DNA of 64,000 nt. It comes from Squalus acanthias (lineage: Eukaryota). Below the pieces are notes generated by a model. That model was given only the letters and a program-made list of their open reading frames with translations, had not been told where the DNA came from and made no database searches. Within the stretch, counting starts at the first letter, position 1. The number at the start of each line of letters is the position of its first letter. Shown one piece after another: positions 25,201 through 36,400 of this stretch. The stretch lies in assembly GCA_030390025.1 (NCBI GenBank), contig CM059431.1, positions 132,558,001-132,622,000 of the forward strand. Direction: 5' to 3'. A program made the translations under genes and the position numbers.

Positions 25201-27715
25201 CTCACCCCAACCCCCATTCCCCACTCTCCCTCACCCCGACCACATTCCCCTGTATCCCTCACCCTGACCCCATTCCCCTGTATCCCTCACCCTGACCCAC
25301 ATTCCCCAGTCTCCCTCACCCTGACCACCATTCCCAAGTCTCCCTCACCCTGACCCCCATTCCCCAGTCTCCCTCACCCTGACCCCCATTCCCCAGTCTC
25401 CCTCACCCTGACCCCCATTCCCCAGTCTCCCTCACCCCGACCCCCTTTCGCCAGTCTCCCTCATACCCGACCCCCATTCCCCAGTCTCCCTCACCCTGAC
25501 CCCCATTCGCCAGTCTCCCTCATACCCGACCTACATTCCCCAGTCTCCCTCACCCTGACCACCATTCCCAAGTCTCCCTCACCCCGACCCCCTTTCCCCA
25601 GTCTCCCTCAACCCTGACCCCATTCCCCAGTCTCCCTCACCCTGACTCCCATTCCCCGATCTCCCTCACGTTGACCCCCATTCCCCAGTCTCCCTCACCA
25701 CAACCCCCATTCCCCAGTCTCCCGCACCCTGACCCCCTTTCCCCAGTCTCCCTCACCACGACCCACATTCCCCAGTCTCCCGCACCCTGACCCCCTTTCC
25801 CCAGTCTCCCTCACCACAACCCCCATTCCCCAGTCTCCCGCACCCTGACCCCCTTTCCCCAGTCTCCCTCACCCCGACCCCCTTTCGCCAGTCTCCCTCA
25901 TACCCGACCCCCATTCCCCAGTCTCCCTCACCCTGAACCCCATTCCCCAGTCTCCCTCACCACAACCCCCATTCCCCAGTCTCCCTCACCCCGACCCCCA
26001 TTCCCCAGTCTCCCTCACTCTGACCCCCATTCCCCAGTCTCCCTCACCCTGAACCCCATTCCCCAGTCTCCCTCACCACGACCCCCATTCCCCAGTCTCC
26101 CTCACTCTGACCCCATTCCCCAGTCTCCCTCACTCTGACCCCATTCCCCAGTCTCCCTCACCCCGACCCCCATTCCCCTGTATCCCTCACCCCGACCCCC
26201 ATTCCCCAGTCTCCCTCACCCTGACCCCCATTCCCCTCTCCCTCACCCCGACCCATATTCCACAGTCACCCTCACCCCGACCCCCTTTCCACAGTCTCCC
26301 TCACTCTGACCCCCATTCCCCAGTCTCCCTCACCCCGACCCCCCATTCCCCAGTCTCCCTCACCCTGACTCCCATTCCCCGGTCTCCCTCACGTTGACCC
26401 CCATTCCCCAGTCTCCAACAACCCTGACCCCCATTCCCCAGTCTCCCTCACCCCGACCCCCATTCCCCAGTCTCCCTCACCCTGACCCCCATTCCCCAGT
26501 CTCCCTCACCCTGACCCCCATTCCCCAGTCTCCCTCACCACGACCCCCATTCCCCAGTCTCCCTCACTCTGACCCCCATTCCCCAGTCTCCCTCACTCTG
26601 ACCCCCATTCCCCAGTCTCCCTCACCCCGACCCCCATTCCCCAGTCTCCCTCACCACAACCCCCATTCCCCAGTCTCCCTCACCCCGACCCCCATTCCCC
26701 AGTCTCCCTCACCCCGACCCCCATTCCCCAGTCTCCCTCACCCTGACCCACATTCCCCAGTCTCCCTCATACCCGACCTACATTCCCCAGTCTCCCTCAA
26801 CCCGACCCCCATTCCCCAGTCTCCCTCACCCCGACCCCCATTCCCCAGTCTCCCTCACCCTGACCCCCATTCCCCAGTCTCCCTCACCCCGACCCCCATT
26901 CCCCAGTCTCCCTCACCCCGACCCCCATTCCCCAGTCTCCCTCACCCTGACCCCCATTCCCCAGTCTCCCTCACCCCGACCCCCATTCCCCAGTCTCCCT
27001 CACCCTGACTCCCATTCCCCGGTCTCCCTCACCCCTGACCCCCATTCCCCAGTCTCCCTCACCCCGACCCCCATTCCCCAGTCTCCCTCACCCTGACTCC
27101 CATTCCCCAGTCTCCCTCACCCTGACCCACATTCCCCAGTCTCCATCACTCTGACCCCCATTCCCCAGTCTCCCTCACTCTGACCCCCATTCCCTAGTCT
27201 CCCGAACCCTGAACCCCATTCCCTAGTCTCCCGAACCCTGAACCCCATTCCCCAGTCTCCCTCACCACGACCCCCATTCCCCAGTCTCCCTCACTCTGAC
27301 CCCCATTCCCCAGTCTCCCTCACTCTGACCCCATTCCCTAGTCTCCCGAACCCTGAACCCCATTCCCTAGTCTCCCGAACCCCGACTCCCATTCCCCAGT
27401 CACCTTCACCCCGACCCCCATTCCCGAGTCTCCCTCACCCCGACCCCCATTCCCCAGTCACCTTCACCCCGACCCCCATTCCCCAGTCACCTTCACCCCG
27501 ACCCCCATTTCCCAGTCTCCCTCACCCCGACCCCCCATTCCCCAGTCTCCTGAGCCCCCGACCCCATTCCTCAGTCTTCCTCACCCCGACCCCCATTCCC
27601 CAGTCTCCCTCACACCGACCCCCATTCCTCAGTCTCCCTCACCCCGACCCCCATTCCTCAGTCTCCCTCACACCGACCCCCATTCCTCAGTCTCTCTCAC
27701 CCTGACCCACATTCT
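22260..27715. repeat. 29-bp minisatellite (CCCCCATTCCCCAGTCTCCCTCACCCTGA)n, ~5.4 kb, roughly 185-190 units
   Basis: Directly visible tandem array. The ORF-track peptides recur every 29 aa, which equals 3 units. Confidence 0.98.
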
Positions 27716-27894
27716 CCTTCAAACCCCCAAACCCCCATCTCCAATCCCCCTCTCTCCCCCACTGACTCCTGAGCCCCAACACGACTCCCAAATGTACCCA
27801 ACACACCTGACGAGCCCAGCTCTCTGCGGCGGGGAGTGATGTCATTGAGCCAATGACTTCATGGAGCGTGGGGCCGCTTGGTGGGAAATTTAAA

Positions 27895-27990
27895 GCATGA
27901 CAATCTCCTGGGCTGCTAGCTGCGGCGCCCGGGAGATCCGTGCCCCATTCCGGGAAACTCCCAGGGAACCCGGGAGGGTTAACAACTCTA
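27895..27990. mobile_element. Terminus of a hAT/Blackjack-like non-autonomous element
   Basis: Ends CCCGGGAGGGTTAACAACTCTA, resembling a ...TGGCAACCCTA-type end. A possible left end TAGGGTTGG lies at ~21000. Confidence 0.35.
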
Positions 27991-28044
27991 GTTGACATAC
28001 ATATGAAGAACAACGTGGTCGTGCTTCAAAGAAAAGCAGGAAGC

Positions 28045-29188
28045 TCATTGCTGTTTTCATTAGAACAGAGGAGATTAAGTGGTGATTTGACAGAGGTATT
28101 CATGATTATGAAGGGATGGGACAAATTAGACAGAAACATTGGCCCAAAAATTGATCCCGGTGCGCGAGAGTACGCACTGCGTACTCTCGCGTATTCCCTC
28201 TGCAATTGCCGGTTTTCTGCATGCCCTGCGCATGCGCTGAAAACCGGCAATTGCTCTTTTGAAAAGGGGGCGGTTCCTCGGTGCATCGCGTGCGCGCTAC
28301 AGACTGCGCGCACGCTGTGCACTTCATGCTTTGGACGCGCAGGTAAGTACTGAAGATTTTAGAAATGTAAAAAGGAGGAGTAAGACCCACTTTTAACAAG
28401 GTAAGTAGTGAATTAAGTATTTTTTGAATTTTTTTTTACAGGTATATCTTTTTTAGAGACTTTAAAGACAGGTAAGTTTATTTTTATAACGTTTTAAAAG
28501 ATTTAAAAAAATTTCAAAAATTTAATTTTTTATTTAAAATGGTTAATTTATTTAACTATACTTATTTTATTGTGATGGTTTTTTTTTTAAATTTAATTGA
28601 GGTTTAGCTGTTATTTTGGGGGGGTGTAAGATTCATAGATTTCACAGCCGTGCTGTGAAACTTATGAATGGAAGATGGTGTGCTGCCATTGGCTCTAACT
28701 GAGTCACGTGATCCCACAGCTCGCACGAATTCACTACGCCGGTGGGATACGCAAGCACTGCCCAGCTGATGTCTGGAACATCAAGTTCGTGCGAGCTGGA
28801 TCTGAAAAAGCACAAGCGAGGTGAGAGATCGCGGGGAAGGCTTACCCCCGCGGGAACAGAGCGAGATCAATTTCTGGGCCAATCTCTTTCTGGTGGTTGC
28901 AGGGTCTAGAAGATAGGAATTAAATATGAGAGCTTTGGGACAGAGAGCAGGATAATCAGCAGGTTGTGAGGCTGTGAAATTCTCTATCAGAGTTAGTGAT
29001 TGAATTAGCATCCATATCAACATTTAAAAAGTTAGATAGGTGGTTGAAGGAAAGGGGAATAAAGAGATATGGGAATAGGGCAGGTACATAGTATTAGAAG
29101 TACTGCTTATGTGGAGGATAAACTCCAACATGGACTGTTTGGGTCGAGCGGTCTGTTTCCCATGTTGGAATTCCTATGTAATTCTATG
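28045..29188 (+). mobile_element. CR1 3' fragment interrupted by a MITE
   Basis: Translates LFSLEQRRLSGDLTEVF; tail TTCCTATGTAATTCTATG. Confidence 0.8.
28141..28880. mobile_element. PIF/Harbinger-type MITE (740 bp), related to 10519-11255
   Basis: TIR GGCCCA(A/G)AAATTGATC; flanks ATT and AAT; shares an internal GCATRCGCTGAAAACCRGCA motif and an AT-rich core. Confidence 0.85.
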
Positions 29189-29194
29189 CACCTC

Positions 29195-29873
29195 TAGTAC
29201 TTGCCACCAAACACCACAGTAGCAATGAATGCTGGTGTAATCAGAAACTTTAAATGCTTTTGCAAAAATAACTTTTCTGGCACTTTATTGCCTATGCGGA
29301 AGAAGACCGGGGACTTAAAGTGACAGTTTGCCAGATTTTGCTGTTGCTGCAAAGCTCCGAAAGATCTTTGACTGCCACCGCCACTGCCATCACCAACTGC
29401 TGCCATCGTGTGCATATCATACTGACATGGAGCCAGCAGTACAGGAGCCAGCACTAACACTACCTATCACTGACGACTTGGTAGAGCTACAGGGGTTAAT
29501 CCAGCATATCAATGTACAGAACAATGCAAGAATGACCATGTTTAATTTTCCCAATTCATATAAGAGTATCATGACTGCTTCTCCTCTAACAATCATTGAC
29601 ACTGTTGGTCTCATTCAGCGGAAATCTGAAACAGTAAAGGTTTCAATGGAGGATTATTTAGAATCATCACTCTCTTGCTTGATGTATTGCAGTAAAAATA
29701 ATGCAACAGTAGTAGCTACGTTTGTGATACTCAATTTGTTGAATTTGTGAGTCTTGCTTTATGAGAGCTTAAATGTTTTGTGAGGTTTGTATCCAGTGAA
29801 GTTTGCACCTGTGGGCTGACAGTTGGTTAATTAGATGTTGCAACATTATATTGTAACATTAAGGTACCAACTG
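29195..29873 (+). mobile_element. Ancient Tigger/pogo transposase remnant
   Basis: YLPPNTTVAMNAGVIRNFKCF resembles the pogo motif FLPPNTT..QPMDQG.I..FK. Ends in CTG-TA. Confidence 0.55.
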
Positions 29874-31323
29874 TACTGCATTTAACAATTTCTGATCCAT
29901 TTGATACAAGGTACCTGGAGTAAGGGGGAAGGCCCTCTGTTTATGACCGGGACATATCTCTTCTAATCACTCCATTCATGTGTGCATTTTAGCTGCTGCT
30001 CCAGACCCGAGGATGACACTTCCATCTCCTGTTTTTCTCTTGGCCTTTCATAAGCCCTTCTCTCCTGTCTCGTCCCCTTCCTGTTACCCAGTTGTGCCAC
30101 CTTTCATTTCTCCCCTCTTGGGTACTTTGCCCCTCCTAATGCTTCTCCAAACCATCACTATGTCTCTTGATTTTATGAATGAGTCCACAGGTTATTGGAT
30201 GAGCTCAAGTTTACAGAAGGTGGAAGATGAGAGGCCGGCCAGGAGAGCATTGGAATAATCAAGTCTGGAGCTAACAAAGGCATGGATGCAGATTTCGGTA
30301 GCAGAGGAACTGAGGCAGGGGCGGATACGGCCGATATTAGAGGTGGAAGTAGGCGGTCTTGATGATGGACACGATATAGGATCAGAAGCTGAGCTCAGGG
30401 TCAAATAGTACGCCACGATTGCAAACAGTCTGGTTCAGCCTCAGACAGTGGACAAGGAGTGGGATGGAATCGGTGGCTAGGGAATGGAATTTGTGGCGGG
30501 GACTGAAGACAATAGTTTTGGTCTTCCCAATATTTAATTGGAGGGAATTTATGCTCATCCAATATTGGATACTGGACAAGCAGTGTGACAAATCATTGTC
30601 GGTGGAGGGGTTGAGAAAGGTGGTGGTGACGTAGAGATGGGTGTTGTCAGCGTACATGTGGAATCTAACATGTTTTCAGATAATGTCACCGAGGGGCAGC
30701 ATCTAGATTAGAAATACGAATGTCCAAGGATGAATCCTTAGGGGACTCCAGAGGTTACAGTGTAGAAGTGAGAAGAGAAGCCTTTAGAATCATAGAATGA
30801 TACAGCACAGGAGGCCATTTGGCCCATTGTGCCTGTGTCGGCTCTTTGAAAGAGCTATCCAATTAGTCCCACTCCCCTGCCCTTTCCCCATAGCCCTACA
30901 AACGTTTCCCCTTCAAAATTTATCCAATTCCCTTTTGAAAGTTATTATTGAATCTGCTTCCTCCACCCTTTCAGGCAGTGCATTCCAGATCACAACAACT
31001 CGCTGCGTAAAAAAATGTTCTCCTTATAGCACCTCTGGCTCTTTTATCAACTAACTTAAATCTGTGTCCTCTGGTTACTGACCCTTATGCCACTGGAAAC
31101 AGTTTCTCCTTATTTACGCTATCTAAACCCTTCATGATTTTGAACATCTCTATCAAATCTCCTCTTCACCTTCTATGCTCTAAGAAGAATAACCTCAGCT
31201 TCTTTAATCTCTCCACGTAACTGAAGTCCCACATCCCTGGTACCATTCTAGTAAATCTCCTCTGCACCCTCGCTAAGGTCTTGACATCCTTCCTAAAGCG
31301 TGGTGCCCAAAATTGGACACAAT

Positions 31324-32163
31324 GGCCAGAATTTTAATCTGGAGGTGGGTCAGGAGCGGGGCGGGAGTGGGGGGGGAATCTAGAAAGCAATCGGGAAACC
31401 TAGGAGAACAGGTTTCCTGCAGGCCCTGCCGAATTTAACGGCAGGGCCTGATTAACATTTCAAAGCACTGATTCCCGCCCACAGCCAGCCAGATGAAGTG
31501 GCTGCCAGCTGTGGGTAGGCCTGCGACACCAGGCTGCAGAGAGGAGGGCGGGAGGGATCGGGGACAGGGGTGGGGGGGGGGGGTGGAGTCAGGGCTGGAG
31601 GAGGATTGGGAGGGGGGGAATCGGGGCCAGAGGAGGATCGGGGGATGTGGTCGGGGCCGGAGGAGCATTGGGGTCGGAGGGGAGAGGGCGGGAAGGCAAC
31701 CGAGGGCTGGAGGTGGGAAGTCGAAGGCCTCGGGAATGGGAGGTCGAGGCGGAAATCGGAGACGTCGTGGGGGGGATCATAGGGCTCGGGGAGGGGGTCC
31801 GATTGTGGGGGGGTTGGTGAGGCAGGGATGCAGGATCCAGCAGGTAAATGTAAAGGCACTTACCTCCTGGATCCAGCAGTCCTCGATTCCCATTAGCTGT
31901 CGGGTTTCCCAAGGCCTGGGAAACCTGACAAGCCAGAGTTACATATGTAATGGTGGATCACCATGAGGCACGCCAGCCTCATTATAATATTTAAATAGGC
32001 GACCCGCCTCCTGGCAGCGGGTTCGTCGCCTGCCCCCCATCCCGCCTCTGTTAAAACTGGAAATGGGCAGGTAGGAGTGGGTTGGGATCAGGATTCAGGT
32101 TTATAACTCTTTAACCTCCCACCCGACCCCAACCCTCCCTTTTTTGGAGTTTAAATTCCCCCC
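31324..32163. mobile_element. Harbinger-type MITE
   Basis: Degenerate TIR GGCCAGAATTTTAA / TTAAATTCCCCCC; TSD AAT; CR1 sequence is continuous across it. Confidence 0.75.
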
Positions 32164-32856
32164 AATACTTCAGCTGGGGCCTAACCCAGGTAATTTATAA
32201 AGGTTGAGCATAAGTTGCTTTTGTATTCTATGCCTCTGTTTATAAAGTCAAGGATCCCATATGCTTTTTTAACAGCTTTCTCAACTTGTCCTGCCATCTT
32301 CAAAGATTTGCGTGCGTACATCCCCAGGCCTGTCTGTTCATGCACCCCCTTTAAAATTGTAAATTTATATTGCCTCTCCTCATCCTTCCAAAATGCATCA
32401 CTTCACACTTCTCTGTGTTAAATTTCATCTGCCATGTGTCTGCCCATTTCATCAGTTGTCTATGTCCTCATGAAGTCCATTACTAGCCTCCTCACTGTTT
32501 ACTACAGTTCCAAGTTTTGTGTCATCTGCAAACTTTGAAATTCTGCCTTGTATACCCAAGCCCAGATCATTAAAGAGAAGTGGTCCTAATACCAACCCCT
32601 GGGGGACACCACTCTATACTTCCCTCTGGTCTGAAAAACAACTCTTCACCACTGCTCTCTGCTTTATGTCTCTTAGCCAATTTCATATCCACACAATCAC
32701 TGTCCCTTCAATCCCATGGACTTCAATTTTGCTGACAAGTCTATTATATGGTACTTTATCAAATGCCTTTTGAAAGTCCTTATACACATCAACCACACTA
32801 CCTTCATTAATCTTCTCCGATACTTTAACAAATCTGTGCTGGCTATCATTTATGAA

Positions 32857-33116
32857 ATTGAGAGGTCGCACAACACCAGGTTATAGTCCAACAGTTTTAT
32901 TTGAAATCACAAGCTTTCGGAGCTATCGATTGCTCCTTCCTCAGGTGAAGTAAATTAGATACAGAATCGCCAAAGCATATATAGATAGAAAACAAAGCAT
33001 GTGTACCTTACAATTGCAGACCACTAAATTAAATCATCCTGACTATCTGCCGAGGTGTGATAAAGTTAATTAAGTCAGCCAGGAAGGTACCACATCAAAG
33101 ACATAGTCCAACTCCG
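32857..33116 (-). mobile_element. Penelope-like insert (same family as 9119-9700) with a hammerhead motif at 32907-32948
   Basis: 13-bp TSD TATCATTTATGAA. Near-identical to 9118-9365. Minus strand reads CTGAGGA-AGGAGC...GCTCC-GAAA-GCTT. Confidence 0.85.
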
Positions 33117-33493
33117 TATCATTTATGAACCATTTATCCAAGTGACAATTCATTTTGTCCAGGATTAATGTGTCTTAAAAGTTTCCCCACCACTAACGTT
33201 AGGCTGACTGGCCTGTAGTTGCTGGGTTTATCTCTCTCTCCTTTCTTGAACAGGGATGTAACATTTGCAATCCTCCAGTCCTCTGGCACTACTCCCGTAT
33301 CTAAGGAGGAGTGGAAGATTGTGGCCAGAGCCTCTGCTACCCCCATCCTTACTTCACTCAGCAACCTAGGATGCATCACATCTGGACTGGGTGACTTTTC
33401 TACTTTGAGTGCTGGCAACCTTTTAAGTACCTTCTCTTCATCTATTTGTATTCTATCCAACTTCCCTACTACCTTCTTCTTTACTGTGACATT

Positions 33494-36400
33494 GGGCAGA
33501 ATGTGAATCGTGTTTTTTTCTAAACACTTAAACCCATGGGGCCGTGGAGCAGGTCGGTAGTCCGGATGCTCTATCAGCGCGTTGTGCAGTGGCTTTTTAA
33601 CGAAGCATCTGCATTTGAATCAGTCATGTGGGTTTGCCAACCAATTAACTGGAGCGGGTCTGATGACGTCACGGATGACTCGACTTCAGCTCAGCTATTT
33701 AAAGGAGATGACAGTTGAAGGTTGGTGGAGGTGCAACTGAGGTTGGTGGGGGAGAGAGTACATTGTTGTTAGACTTAGCTCTTTCTTGGAATACAAAGTT
33801 ATAAAGATTGTTAAGCAAAAATGCAGGCTCAGCACCTCCCTGGAAATCCTGCTCCAGGGAGTCAGAACCCACAGGGAGGTCCTCTTCCCTCATGATGGGA
33901 GGACGAGGCCAGCAACCGAGACAAAGAGGACCTGGCTGGAGATCGCGGAAGAGGTGAGCAGCAAGAGTATGATAGGTGGGTCCTGGATACAGTGCAGGAA
34001 GAGATTTAATGACCTCATGAGGTCAGGAAAGGTGAGTACAATGCCACATTCAACTACATCCTGATGTGCATTTCAACCCAACTTCCTCACTCTGCTTTCC
34101 CAAGCCCACTCCTGCACATCACTCCTCACACCAACCTACCTTGAAGGTGCACCCATCCCTCACTGTCTAGGCACCTACTCATATCCCCATCTGACTATCC
34201 ACCACTGACACTCAACCTCATCCTAATGCAATCATAGAATCATAGAAATTAACGCCACAGAAGGAGGCCATTTGGCATTGTCATGCCACTTCCTCATTGT
34301 CATCCTCTATAGATGTAACCCATCCATCCCTTATACTCATTCCATCACTCTCACTCAAAGGTCTCTTGTTTCCCTCCTTGCAGGAGAAGAGAGCACAGAA
34401 CACCAGGGAGAGGCAGCGAACCGGAGGTAGCCCTCCCATTACCACTCCATTGATGGCAGCAGAGGAGGAGGCGCTGGACATCAGTGGAGTTGCGGAGCTG
34501 CTGGTGGTGAGAGATGGAGAGAGGGGGACCTCCCAGCTACCTGGTGACAGAATTAAATATCACACAGCCATATGACATACAACAGTCATTCATGGTGACC
34601 TGATGCCAGCAGCCAGTAAAATATGATCATGTGCATAATGGTAACTTAAAACATTTTATCATAACAGTTTTAATTCATGTCTTTACTCTCCCACAGGTCG
34701 ATCAAGTGCTCCCTCCCACACACCCACCCCACCACTGTCCAGCCAGCCAGACTCCTCAGAGGAAGCTGCAGTCTCTGAGGGTGCACCGTCACACGACCCA
34801 TGCACACCCAGCACCAGCGCAGATACGCACACGTCGGTGGGTCAAGTGAGGGAGACAATAGTGTTATAGGTATGAGGGGTGAGTTGGCTAAGCTAGATTG
34901 GGAAACTACATTAAAAGGTATGATGGTAGACAAGCAATGGCTAGCATTTAAAGAATTAATACATCATTTACAACAAATATACATTCCTTTAAGGCACAAA
35001 AATCCCACAGGAAAAGTGGTCCAACTGTGGCTAACAAGATAGTATTAGATCAAAGGAAAAGGCTTATAATGTTGCCAAAAAGAGTAGTAAGTCTGAGGAT
35101 TGGAAGGATTTTAGCATTCAGCAAAGGAGGACCAAGAAATTGATAAGGAAAGAGGAAAAAGAATATGAGAGTAAATTAGCAAGAGATGTAAAAACAGATT
35201 GTAAACATTTCAATAGGTATGTAAATAGGAAGAGATTAGTGAAAGTAAATGTGGGCCCATTAGAGGCAGAGACAGGAGAAATTATAATGGGCAATAAGGA
35301 AATGGCAGAGACATTAAACAAATACTTTGTACCTATCTTCATGGTAGAGGACACAAAAAACATTCTGGAAATAATGGGGAACCAAGGGTCTAGAGAGAAT
35401 GAGGAACTTAAAGAAATGAGTATAAGAAATGAATGGGACTAAGTGGTGACAAATCCCCTGGACCTGTTGACCTGTATCCTAGGGTTTTAAAAGAGGTGGC
35501 TGCAGAGCTAGTGGATGCACTGGTATTAATCTTCCAGAATTCCCTAGATTCTAGAACAGTCCCCAGGGATTGGAAGGTAGCAAACATAACCCCGCTATTT
35601 AAGAAAGGAGGAAGAGAAAAAACAGGAAACAATAGGCCAGTTAGCCTGACATCAGTAGTAGGCAAAATGCTAGAATCTATTATTAGGGACGTGGTAACTG
35701 GGCACTTAGAAAATCGTAATATGATTAGGCAGAGTCAACATGGTTTTATGAAAGGGAAATTGTGTTTGACAAATCTGTTAAGAGTTTTTTTGAAGATGTA
35801 ACTAGTAGGATGGATAAGGGGGAAACCAGTGGATGTAGTGTATTTGAATTTTCAAAAACCATTTGATAAGGTGCCACACAAGAGGTTATTACACAAAATT
35901 AGGACTCATGGTATTGGGGGTAATATATTAGCATGGATTGAGGATTGATTAATGGACAGAAAATAGAGAGTAGGAATAAATGGGACTTTTTCGGGTTGGC
36001 AGGCTGTAACTAGTGGGGTTCTGCAAGTATCAGTGCTTGGGCCTCAATCTATATTAATGACTTAGATGAAGAGACTGAGTGTAATGTATCCAAGTTTGCT
36101 GATGATACAAAGTTAGGTGGGAAAGTAAGCTGTGAGGAGGATGCAAAGAGGCTGCAGAGAGATATAGATAGGTTGACTGAGTGGGCAAGAACAATGCAAA
36201 TGGAATACAATGTGGGGAAGTGTGAAGTTATTCACTTTGGTAGGAAAAACAAAAAAGCAGATTCTTTTTTGAATGATGAGAGACTGGGAAATGTTTGCAG
36301 TCAGAGGGACCTGGGTGTCCTTGTACATGACTCACAGAAAGTTAACATGCAGGTACAGCAAGCAATTAGGAAAGCAAATGGTATGTTAGCTTTTGTTACA

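Noticed and set aside
22374..27008. Pro-rich or Gly/Trp-rich ORFs, and a CRISPR-like appearance, in the tandem array
   Set aside because: These are translations of a 29-bp minisatellite; there are no unique spacers or cas genes, and the context is eukaryotic.
31435..31966. Overlapping Pro/Gly-rich ORFs
   Set aside because: Low-complexity G-rich interior of a MITE; no protein signature.
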